NCBI GenBank assembly: GCA_050251055.1
Contig: JBFWNL010000004.1
Coordinates: forward strand, 128,001 to 192,000
Source of the DNA: Bacteriovoracia bacterium
Lineage (GTDB): Bacteria > Bdellovibrionota > UBA1018 > JBFWNL01
DNA length: 64,000 nucleotides
Direction of reading: 5' to 3'
Made by a program: the position numbers and the translations under genes. Positions 56,411 through 64,000 of this stretch are shown here, one piece after another. The notes beneath the pieces are model-generated. The model did not search any database and had not been told where the DNA came from. It saw only the letters and a list, made by a program, of their open reading frames with translations. How positions within the stretch are numbered: the stretch's first letter is position 1; each line of letters starts with the position of its first letter.

Positions 56411-57367
56411 ATGGGAAAACCTGTCTACAATCCACTACAAAGCCGCGCGTTGACCGAGCTCAACGCCAAGGACCTGTCTGCTTTAGATCGAGAACGGACG
56501 GTCTTCATTTTCGGCGTAGGTGGAATCGAAGACTTCGGTCCACACCTCCCCTTGGGGTTAGCCATGGAGAAAGCCCAAGCCTTAGCCGGGCTCGTGGCGG
56601 AAAAGATCGAATCCGACCTAAAAGGTTGGACAGCGATTCGCATGCCCCCGGCCCCCCTGGGGATCGACCGCGTTTCCCACGGACTGCACCTCTCGGTACG
56701 CCCCTTCGTGCTGAGGGATTACTTGGTGGACTCCTGCCGGAGGCTTGGCAAGGCGGGTTTTCGCCACTTTGTTTGCGTGACCGGCACAGTGACCCCGCGG
56801 CAGCTTACCGCAATCGAAGAAGCGGGCAAGATCGTGCACCGGCGCTTTTGGCTGACCCATCGTGGACGGGCACCCCGATTGCTATCGCTGCAGTCCTCCC
56901 TCGACAAACCGAAGAACTGGGAGTCTCCGCTTTGGCCCGATCCCATGGAACACGGGGGAGCAATCGACACGTCGATCGCTTTGTGGCTTCGCCCCGAGCG
57001 GGTTTCGGAAGCCCACGCCCATCTTCCGGCCGTGGAGCGCGACCCGTCGTTCTGGCAGCGTTTCCTTCAACGCTGGCAACGAAGGTCGCGGAGAGGCGAC
57101 GAAGTGGGCCGCTACTGGGGAGACCCCGCCGCGGCGACCGCGGAAAAGGGGGAGCAAGTATTACGCGCCCAAGTGAACGCGATCTGGCCAAAGCTTCGCC
57201 CGGTGTTGGAAGGCGCGTCTCCGCGTTCGGAGTTTCGCTCCTGGTATTCGATTTTGCCCCCCAACTGGAGCGCCTTCCTGCTCTGGAGCCTCTTTATCAT
57301 TATGCTTTTCGGAACGACGGGCTTAGCCCTGTATGTAGCCGAATACATAATGAATTTTGACATTTGA
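56411..57367 (+). CDS. Creatininase-family protein with a degenerate active site and a C-terminal TM anchor
   Basis: GGIEDFGPHLPLG, HGGAIDTS...RPERV and GDPAAATAEKGE motifs, then a hydrophobic tail. Confidence 0.8.
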   Translation: MGKPVYNPLQSRALTELNAKDLSALDRERTVFIFGVGGIEDFGPHLPLGLAMEKAQALAGLVAEKIESDLKGWTAIRMPPAPLGIDRVSHGLHLSVRPFVLRDYLVDSCRRLGKAGFRHFVCVTGTVTPRQLTAIEEAGKIVHRRFWLTHRGRAPRLLSLQSSLDKPKNWESPLWPDPMEHGGAIDTSIALWLRPERVSEAHAHLPAVERDPSFWQRFLQRWQRRSRRGDEVGRYWGDPAAATAEKGEQVLRAQVNAIWPKLRPVLEGASPRSEFRSWYSILPPNWSAFLLWSLFIIMLFGTTGLALYVAEYIMNFDI

Positions 57368-57419
57368 CCCAACCTCCCATATACCAGGCCCTACTTCTTT
57401 CCCGGTTTGTCCGTAGGTT

Positions 57420-57497
57420 CGGGGTGTAGCGCAGCCTGGTTAGCGCGCTTCGTTCGGGACGAAGAGGTCGGCAGTTCGAATCTGCTCACCCCGACCA
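57420..57497 (+). tRNA. tRNA-Pro (anticodon CGG)
   Basis: CGGGGTG/CACCCCG acceptor stem, CTTCG-TTCGGGA-CGAAG anticodon arm, GTTCGAATC T-arm and CCA. Confidence 0.97.
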
Positions 57498-57614
57498 TTC
57501 TTTTAATTTTTAAAAATGTCGGCTTTAACGGAGGATGCTCAACGCCCCCATGCCCGCAGACGCCCCCTTGAAGGCGACATTTCGGGGGGCGCGTGCTAGT
57601 CGTCAAAAGTAACT

Positions 57615-58307
57615 ATGACGAAACACACTCTCTCCTTCGTTGCTTGGGTTGGATTATTCGCCGCAAACGCAAGCGCATCCAGCATCCAAGTCCAGGGTTC
57701 CGCCCAGCAACAACATTTCGCCGACCAATGGGACATCACGTTCCGGGTCCTCGTGCGCAAACCCTCTAAGGAAGAAGCCACCCGCGCGTACAACCAGACC
57801 AAGAGCCAACTCGAAAAGCTCGTACCGTGCGGATCGGGTTGTGAAAAATTGCAATCGAACTTCTCGTCCCAACTCTGGCGCGAGTGGGTGAAGAGCAATT
57901 ACGTAAATCAAGGCTGGGAGATCCAGCACTTTTACACGTACCGCTACTTCGATCAGGAGAAAGGCACGCAGGACGCCCAGACGCTCTCGACCATCACTTA
58001 TTTGCAGATCGACGGCGTAAACGCGGGATTGAAGCGGGAAACCTTACTCAAGGCCCGGGACTCCGTACTCGAAGCCGCTTTTAACGACGCCTTGGACAAG
58101 GCGAAGGTACTCGCCAAAGCGGCGGGCAAGCGCCTGGCGAAAGACATGGAGATCACCGAAGGCCAAGCGCAGATGGCGCCCATGTACGCCAACGACTTCG
58201 CGATGAATCTCAAAGGCGCCGCGGAAAGCTCGCGCGCGGCGTTCAGCCTCGATTCCACGCGTATTCCCGTCTCGCAGTCGGTCACCCTCAAGGCCAACGC
58301 GGACTAA
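57615..58307 (+). CDS. Secreted SIMPL-domain-like protein
   Basis: Signal peptide; IQVQGSA, AFNDALDKAKVLAKAAGKRL and a terminal VSQSVTL strand. Confidence 0.75.
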   Translation: MTKHTLSFVAWVGLFAANASASSIQVQGSAQQQHFADQWDITFRVLVRKPSKEEATRAYNQTKSQLEKLVPCGSGCEKLQSNFSSQLWREWVKSNYVNQGWEIQHFYTYRYFDQEKGTQDAQTLSTITYLQIDGVNAGLKRETLLKARDSVLEAAFNDALDKAKVLAKAAGKRLAKDMEITEGQAQMAPMYANDFAMNLKGAAESSRAAFSLDSTRIPVSQSVTLKANAD

Positions 58308-58318
58308 TCGGCCTTCAC

Positions 58319-59221
58319 TTATCCCGCTCTTCGCTTGGCTTCTTTAAGCATCTCCAGAACCAGGCTCACTCGGCGCGGTAGTTTCTCTCCCGTTCGGCGC
58401 GCAACATGAACGGGGCTCGTCACTGGAGATTTTCCCGGAGAAAACTCTTTCATCGATTTTTCTTCCAGCTCTCCCGCCACGCAATGCGTGGGTAAAATCG
58501 CGACTCCGGCGCCTTCTTGCGTGGCGTGAATCGCCCCCGCTAACGTACCGATATAAACCGTGGGCGCGGCCACGCGATTCCGAAACTTTTTAAGATATCC
58601 ATGGGCCGCCAACCACTGCGATGCCACGGCCTCCCAGCCAGGATACCCCACGAGGCGTAATTTTTCGGGCTCGTGGGACCGGAACGGTTCGAAGAACTTC
58701 GCGGCCGCGGCGACCGCGGAATAACGTTCATCGGAAAATTTTTCGAACCGCAGATCGGGATGTAGACGCTCCCCCACGATAAAACCGAAATCGATGCGGC
58801 CTTCGAGCAAAGCTTGCACGATCTGCTCGTTCGGCTGAATGGTAATCTCGAAGCGCACGTCGGGGAACCGCTGAATTTGACCCATGATGCGCCGGTAGTG
58901 CGGGGTCCACTGGCAACTCTCCGGCATGGCGTAGCGAACCAGACCCATGGGAGTTTCGCGCTGGTTTCTCAGGCGCTCGGAAAATTCGTCCGCGCTCTCC
59001 AAGGCTCCCTCCGCGAACGTGTACAGCTCCTTGCCGATCGCGGTGAGGAATACGTCGTGCCCCACTCGTTCGAATAGCCGCCCACCCAAACTCGACTCGA
59101 GCTTGGCGATCTGCTGGCTCACCGTCGGTTGCGTGATCCCCAAAGACCGCGCGGCGGCGGAAAACGTTTTATCCCTCACGACTTGGCAAAAAATACGCAG
59201 TCCGTAGAAGTCGATATCCAT
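58319..59221 (-). CDS. LysR-family transcriptional regulator
   Basis: FSAAARSLGITQPTVSQQIAKLE...LFER HTH and a length of 300 aa. Confidence 0.94.
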   Translation of the reverse strand: MDIDFYGLRIFCQVVRDKTFSAAARSLGITQPTVSQQIAKLESSLGGRLFERVGHDVFLTAIGKELYTFAEGALESADEFSERLRNQRETPMGLVRYAMPESCQWTPHYRRIMGQIQRFPDVRFEITIQPNEQIVQALLEGRIDFGFIVGERLHPDLRFEKFSDERYSAVAAAAKFFEPFRSHEPEKLRLVGYPGWEAVASQWLAAHGYLKKFRNRVAAPTVYIGTLAGAIHATQEGAGVAILPTHCVAGELEEKSMKEFSPGKSPVTSPVHVARRTGEKLPRRVSLVLEMLKEAKRRAG

Positions 59222-59291
59222 AACAAATCCTTATACTCACCATAAAAAACATGTGTTTTACAATGAGCGTTGTACACGCTACAAGCGCCTC

Positions 59292-60077
59292 ATGAAATTC
59301 AAATCGATGTGGGTAGTGACTTTAGGATTCATCGTAACGACCGCCGCCCAGGCCGAGCCGGCGACTTTTTTTCGCGTCTGGCAGGGCTTCAAGAAACCGG
59401 AGCTCACCCAACCCCAGTTTCGCGAAGCCGTGGGACCTTTTATGCAGTCCACGCTCGACACCTACCTCGGCAAAGGGTTGAATAACTACTTCGTGGCCAT
59501 GCCGCCGCTGAACAAGCCCGCCTTTGTTCCCGACGAGTTCGCCCTGGTGGGAATGACCACCGAAGCGGCTTATCGCGAAGTCCGCGCCACGCCGGCCGGG
59601 CAAGCCTACGGTGAAAAACACTGGGAGCTCTTCGATAAGAACACGTCCAAGAGTGCCCCCTTCCTGGTTTTTGACGCCAAGACCATGCCTACGCTTGCCC
59701 ATAACACTGCTTACGACATCATTGGCGACGCGATCGATTGGACCGCCGGACACACCACTTTCTTTTTAGGTTTGCGCAAGCCCGACGTAAAGCCGGAAGC
59801 GTTCCTGCGTGAACTTGCGTCCCACGTCGCTTTCGTGGCGCGCACGCTAAAGCCGCTCGGGTTAAAAGGCTACATCATCATCGCGCACGAAAATTATGAG
59901 ATCGCGTACCTCCACTGGGAAAGTAAAGAAAAGGCGGACACCGCGTTCGCCACCCAGCCTGGCCGGGACGTCGCCGCCGACGCGGGTAAGATCTTGGAAA
60001 GCCTCATGTTCCAGGCCGCCGAAAAGTACGAGGGCGTCGCGAAAGATCAGAGCTTTTACTCGACCGTGGGCCGGTGA
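59292..60077 (+). CDS. Secreted protein with tandem EthD-like (dimeric alpha/beta barrel) repeats
   Basis: Signal peptide ending AQA. Two repeats, FKKPELTQPQF and LRKPDVKPEAF...LHWESKEKADTAFATQPGRDVAAD. Confidence 0.7.
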   Translation: MKFKSMWVVTLGFIVTTAAQAEPATFFRVWQGFKKPELTQPQFREAVGPFMQSTLDTYLGKGLNNYFVAMPPLNKPAFVPDEFALVGMTTEAAYREVRATPAGQAYGEKHWELFDKNTSKSAPFLVFDAKTMPTLAHNTAYDIIGDAIDWTAGHTTFFLGLRKPDVKPEAFLRELASHVAFVARTLKPLGLKGYIIIAHENYEIAYLHWESKEKADTAFATQPGRDVAADAGKILESLMFQAAEKYEGVAKDQSFYSTVGR

Positions 60078-60133
60078 GAGGCCTCCGATAAACCCTTGTC
60101 CAGGAGGGGTAAAAGCTGCTAATCCTTCCCTCC

Positions 60134-60619
60134 ATGGAAAATAAAACCGTTTACGATTTCACGGCGAAGGACGGGCGTGGCCAGGAACGCTCCCTCAAGG
60201 AGTTCGCGGGCAAGGCTTTGCTCATCGTCAATACCGCCAGCGAATGCGGCTTCACTCCGCAGTACAAGGGGCTTGAGGCCTTGCGCAAAAAATACCACGA
60301 AAAAGGGCTCGAGGTACTGGGCTTTCCTTGCAATCAGTTTGGCGGCCAAGAGCCGGGCGACGATCAGCAGATTTCGCAGTTCTGCGAGTTGAATTACGGC
60401 GTCAGCTTCCCGATTTTCTCCAAGGTCAACGTGAACGGCAGCGACGCCCATCCGCTCTTTGAGTTCCTCAAGGAATCCCTGCCGGGCATCTTGGGCTCCA
60501 AGATGATCAAGTGGAACTTCACCAAGTTTCTGGTTTCACGCGACGGAAAGCCGCTGAAACGTTACGCGCCGAACGACACGCCGGAAAGCATCGAAAAAGA
60601 AATTTCGGCCGCGCTATAG
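60134..60619 (+). CDS. Glutathione peroxidase family protein (Cys type)
   Basis: VNTASECGFTPQY, GFPCNQFGGQEPG and IKWNFTKFL motifs. Confidence 0.95.
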   Translation: MENKTVYDFTAKDGRGQERSLKEFAGKALLIVNTASECGFTPQYKGLEALRKKYHEKGLEVLGFPCNQFGGQEPGDDQQISQFCELNYGVSFPIFSKVNVNGSDAHPLFEFLKESLPGILGSKMIKWNFTKFLVSRDGKPLKRYAPNDTPESIEKEISAAL

Positions 60620-61273
60620 CTCGGGTTCGGGCGCGGGTTCGCGTTTCAACCGGGCTTCTTCTAACAGCTGGGCGACGTTGGCGATCACGGACAGCGCGGG
60701 TGCGCGGGTAATCGTGCCGTCTTTTTCACGAACCGCTCCGTAAGCGGTCACGACCACGGCGGCCTGACCCCGCTGGTTCGGCAGGTAACTTTGAGTCATC
60801 ATCACGCCATCGGGAATGTACGTTTTTTTCGTCGGCTTAAAGACGATCGCCGTACCCAGCCAGGTCGACCGGATCGCATCGACGTAAGCGTAGATATCGA
60901 AAATATCCGAAACCGGATTTAACGAGGTCAGGGGAACCATGGGATACGCGACGCCCGTGGCTTCGCCGTTCGGCAAATTCATGGTCGGCTCGTAACGGGA
61001 GACCTCCGGTTCATCGAAGATCCCGATGTCGAAATAAAAGCCCAGCTCGGCGGGCTTGCCGCCCTTCTCGTTTTTGTGCGCGAACGAATGCCCGTAGTCA
61101 TATAAGGACAACGTAGCGCTGTCATCCAACACAAAGGCAGGGTTAAATTTCGCCACGACCTGTAGAGCGTCGAGCGCCTCGTTCGGGGTAACCACGACGT
61201 CGTCGAGAATTTTTACGTTGGGCTTACACCCGGCGAACACGAGCGCGGCAATCGCGAACAAACGAAACGACAT
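60614..61273 (-). CDS. Hypothetical lipoprotein
   Basis: GGAGG SD and lipobox VFAG-C. Confidence 0.8.
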   Translation of the reverse strand: MSFRLFAIAALVFAGCKPNVKILDDVVVTPNEALDALQVVAKFNPAFVLDDSATLSLYDYGHSFAHKNEKGGKPAELGFYFDIGIFDEPEVSRYEPTMNLPNGEATGVAYPMVPLTSLNPVSDIFDIYAYVDAIRSTWLGTAIVFKPTKKTYIPDGVMMTQSYLPNQRGQAAVVVTAYGAVREKDGTITRAPALSVIANVAQLLEEARLKREPAPEPEL

Positions 61274-61407
61274 GGCTTTCCCTCCCTGGACATCCCGAAG
61301 CCAACTCCACTAATATACCATCCTCGAAGGTAGAAAAGCACAGGCGCGCGGGCGATTCACGCCGTCAAGCCTTTGACGACACGACGGGGACCTCAACGGA
61401 GACAACG

Positions 61408-62631
61408 ATGGATAACGTAACCCACACTTTGATCGGCATCACCGCGGCAGAGACCTTCCTGGCGGCCCGAGCGCGTCGCGGGCCCCGCCCGTCCCTGCGC
61501 GCGCCCATTTACCTGGCTTCCATCATCGGCAATAACTTACCCGATATCGATTTCGTGATTCCCTGGATGCTTGGCGGAGGAAAGCTGAATTACCTTCTAC
61601 ACCACCGAGGCCACACGCACACCTTCCTAGTGGCCATCGCGATGATGGCGATCACGACGTGGATTCTGGTTCGGTTCTTCAAGACGGCGCGCGCGGACTG
61701 GAAGTGGGTGGCGGGAGCCGCGCTCCTGGGTGGTTGCCTGCACATCTTGGCCGACGCCATGAATAACTACGGAGTTCACCCCTTTTTTCCGTTTTATAAC
61801 GGCTGGATTTACGGCGACGCGGTTTTCATCGTCGAACCGCTGCTGATCTTCACGATGGCGCCGCTCGCCTTTTTCCGGGCCCGTACCCACGTCGCGCGCG
61901 CCGTGTGGATTTTGATCGTGGTGCTCGTCTTGGGCTTGGCCTGGTTTGGCCCGTTCACTCCGGCGGTAGTCGCCGGGTTTGCGACGATATTCCTCGCTTT
62001 GCAAATCTTCGCGCAGCATCGCACCGATGCGCTAAAAGTCGCGCTCATCACCGTAACCGCCACGCTCGCGAACTTCTTCTTCGCTTCCACGGTCGCCAAA
62101 CGCAACGTGACGGCTACGCTTTTAAGCCAGGTCTCCGCGGCGGAAATTCTACAACTTTCCGCGACGCCGCTGCCTGCCAATCCACTCTGCTGGTCAATGC
62201 TCGTGGCCTCGCGTGAGGGTGCCGACTACGTCACGCGACTCGGCACGCTGAGCCTCGCGCCCACGCTGATGCCCGTCAGCCGCTGCATCAACTGGCGATT
62301 CACGGGGGCGCGCACCGCACCGTCCGTGACCCCCGCGCTTCATGCCGACGGCCAGCAATGGTTGGCCGAATACAGCCGGCCGGTCGATGAATTTAGGCGA
62401 CTATACGAAGAAAACTGCTATTTCGCCGCGGGCAACCGTTACTTCCGCGTGCCTTTTTGGATACCGGATCGCGCGGGTTACCGCGTCGGGGATCTGCGCT
62501 ACGATCGTGAGGCGGGCGAGGGGTTCACCGAGTTTTCCATTCCCGCCCAACCGGAAAGCTGCCCGCGCGCCGTTCCGCCTTGGAATCCCCCTCTGCAAGA
62601 GCTCGTCACTTCGGCGCGCTCAACCGATTGA
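61408..62631 (+). CDS. Membrane-bound metal-dependent hydrolase (YdjM-like)
   Basis: MDNVTHTL, PDID, HHRGHTH and HILADAMNNYG motifs, plus TM helices. Confidence 0.88.
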   Translation: MDNVTHTLIGITAAETFLAARARRGPRPSLRAPIYLASIIGNNLPDIDFVIPWMLGGGKLNYLLHHRGHTHTFLVAIAMMAITTWILVRFFKTARADWKWVAGAALLGGCLHILADAMNNYGVHPFFPFYNGWIYGDAVFIVEPLLIFTMAPLAFFRARTHVARAVWILIVVLVLGLAWFGPFTPAVVAGFATIFLALQIFAQHRTDALKVALITVTATLANFFFASTVAKRNVTATLLSQVSAAEILQLSATPLPANPLCWSMLVASREGADYVTRLGTLSLAPTLMPVSRCINWRFTGARTAPSVTPALHADGQQWLAEYSRPVDEFRRLYEENCYFAAGNRYFRVPFWIPDRAGYRVGDLRYDREAGEGFTEFSIPAQPESCPRAVPPWNPPLQELVTSARSTD

Positions 62632-62632
62632 A

Positions 62633-63784
62633 CTAAGATTCACTTAACCATTCGCCAAGTTGGTCAATTCGGTTAAAAAACAGCTCAGCTCCCGAACGAG
62701 TCACGTGGTCCCGATCCACGTGCGGGCACCAAAACGCGGCGCCCGAGATCGCCTTCGCCGCCTTCGCTCCCCGCATATCGGTCGCGCTATCCCCCACCAG
62801 CAAAACGCTGTTTGGCGCGGCCGCCTGCCAATCAAATTTCAGGCTACCCGGATGGGGCTTAGAGTGATCTGGCGTCGAATGACTGAAGGTCTGGAAGATA
62901 TCCTCCAACCGGTGGTGCTTGAGGATTTTCGCCGCCGATTCGCGGTCGCGCGCCGTCCAAAGATGCAAACGAAGCCCACGCGCCGAGAGGCGTGCTAGCA
63001 TCGATTCGACGCCATCAAATAAATCGTATTCCATCTGTTGCGCGAGTTCGCTCCACAGACGAATCGCTTCCAACTGCTTCGCGGCTTCGGAAACTCCGTA
63101 AACGGAGAACAGCTTTGGAAATTCCGGAAAGAATTTTTCGCGCGCTTCCTGCACGGTGACTTCCCGGCCCAACACCTGGCTAAATACGCCGGCATTCACC
63201 TCGTGCAGCTTTCCGATGGAGTGAATCAGCGTGCCATCGAAATCAAAAATAACGTCGGTGATACATGCCTGCTCAATTTCAATCACCCGATCTAACGGCA
63301 GGTGATGGAATTTCGCCTGACCTGCCGGCGTGTTCAAGCAAAGCTCGGGATTTAGAATCTGCTCACGCGCGGGCTTGAAAGAAAGCTTGGGATAGGCGGC
63401 AACAAACGCATCAAAGGCGCGATCAATGACGAATTCCGCATGCTCGAATCCGGTGGGATACGGGGAACCTTTCTTCGGCGCCGGCAATTCTACCAGTGGA
63501 ATTTCGTAGCTCGCATCGATGTCGGCACCCGTTACCGGAAAGCCGGTAGCTAAGCGATAAGTCGAAATCGGTCGACCATTCACCTCCGACTCCGTGAGCA
63601 AGGTCCCGAATGATCCCAAAAAATTTTTATAGTCGGAATACTCACGCAAGGTCGCGACCCGAAAACAAAGATGATCCGCGCGCCATTCGTCGACCGGCAG
63701 CCCCATGCCGTGCATGGCTTCGCGCAGACGCGCAAAAAAAACTTCTCCCTCGGCCAGGAAAGATTCGGGCGAAACTGGGTGCAT
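62633..63784 (-). CDS. YecM-like VOC domain fused to a HAD-superfamily hydrolase
   Basis: DHLCFRV...ESEVNGRPI...ELPAPK...GFEHAE...KFHHLPL, followed by DFDGTL, KPHP and VGDSATD. Confidence 0.85.
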   Translation of the reverse strand: MHPVSPESFLAEGEVFFARLREAMHGMGLPVDEWRADHLCFRVATLREYSDYKNFLGSFGTLLTESEVNGRPISTYRLATGFPVTGADIDASYEIPLVELPAPKKGSPYPTGFEHAEFVIDRAFDAFVAAYPKLSFKPAREQILNPELCLNTPAGQAKFHHLPLDRVIEIEQACITDVIFDFDGTLIHSIGKLHEVNAGVFSQVLGREVTVQEAREKFFPEFPKLFSVYGVSEAAKQLEAIRLWSELAQQMEYDLFDGVESMLARLSARGLRLHLWTARDRESAAKILKHHRLEDIFQTFSHSTPDHSKPHPGSLKFDWQAAAPNSVLLVGDSATDMRGAKAAKAISGAAFWCPHVDRDHVTRSGAELFFNRIDQLGEWLSES

Positions 63785-63886
63785 ACCCCCACCTTATTGC
63801 CACAGAAGTCACGATGAAGGAACCACGGCGCCGACCCTCGGTCCGTTCTCACCAGGCCACCTAAAAGTTAGCTAGGGATACTGAGC

Positions 63887-63938
63887 GGTTGAGCCCACGG
63901 ATGGGAGTCCCCCTGCCCGGGCGGTGTCTTTTAAAAGA
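63887..63938 (-). repeat. Second copy of the tRNA-trailer element found at 27197-27246
   Basis: TTTTAAAAGA-N11-CAGGGGGACTCCCATCCGTGGGCTCAACC. The core is 25/29 identical to 27218-27246 with the same spacing. Confidence 0.8.
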
Positions 63939-64000
63939 TAAAAAAGGAAAATGAATGAATGGCGGACCGACCGGAACAACGGACGAACCGCTCCAAGTTC

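Noticed and set aside
60134-60619. Selenocysteine-containing glutathione peroxidase
   Set aside because: The active-site codon is TGC (Cys) and there is no in-frame TGA.
63951-64000. Start of a + strand CDS (ATGAATGAATGG...)
   Set aside because: Only 50 nt are visible and the sequence is better explained as the antisense of a tRNA-like end and trailer.

Overview
About 60% GC chromosomal window, most likely from a Bdellovibrionota-type predatory bacterium. The taxonomy is inferred from three short ~278-aa flagellins, a RomR-like regulator next to birA/nadC, a TIGR02147-like protein and many secreted or lipoprotein hypotheticals. Housekeeping content: pyrB-pyrC-carA, an LPS/glycosyltransferase cluster with ugd, a minimal RecQ, ubiB, rnr, tRNA-Leu(CAG), a flagellin triplet, a probable 6S RNA, romR-like, birA, nadC, rph, rnj, rsmE, rfaE2 and tRNA-Pro(CGG). 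Two accessory blocks (about 12.3-22.8 kb and 35-42.8 kb) encode secreted multi-domain proteins. No integrase, transposase or CRISPR array was seen. The strongest non-coding signals are: (i) long, CsrB-like GGA-hairpin arrays in front of the flagellin genes; (ii) a rod-shaped RNA with only G-U-type stem mismatches downstream of the third flagellin; (iii) a dispersed element tied to tRNA 3' ends, which at tRNA-Leu sits inside a perfect 45-bp inverted duplication that includes the tRNA CCA end; (iv) a 230-bp, ~7% GC tract between a TIGR02147-like regulator and a pilin-like/CAZyme-like/beta-propeller gene set; and (v) sigma28-type promoters driving a probably leaderless RAMA-like gene and a small CCCH zinc-knuckle gene. 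All family calls come from motif recognition by eye; no database searches were run.
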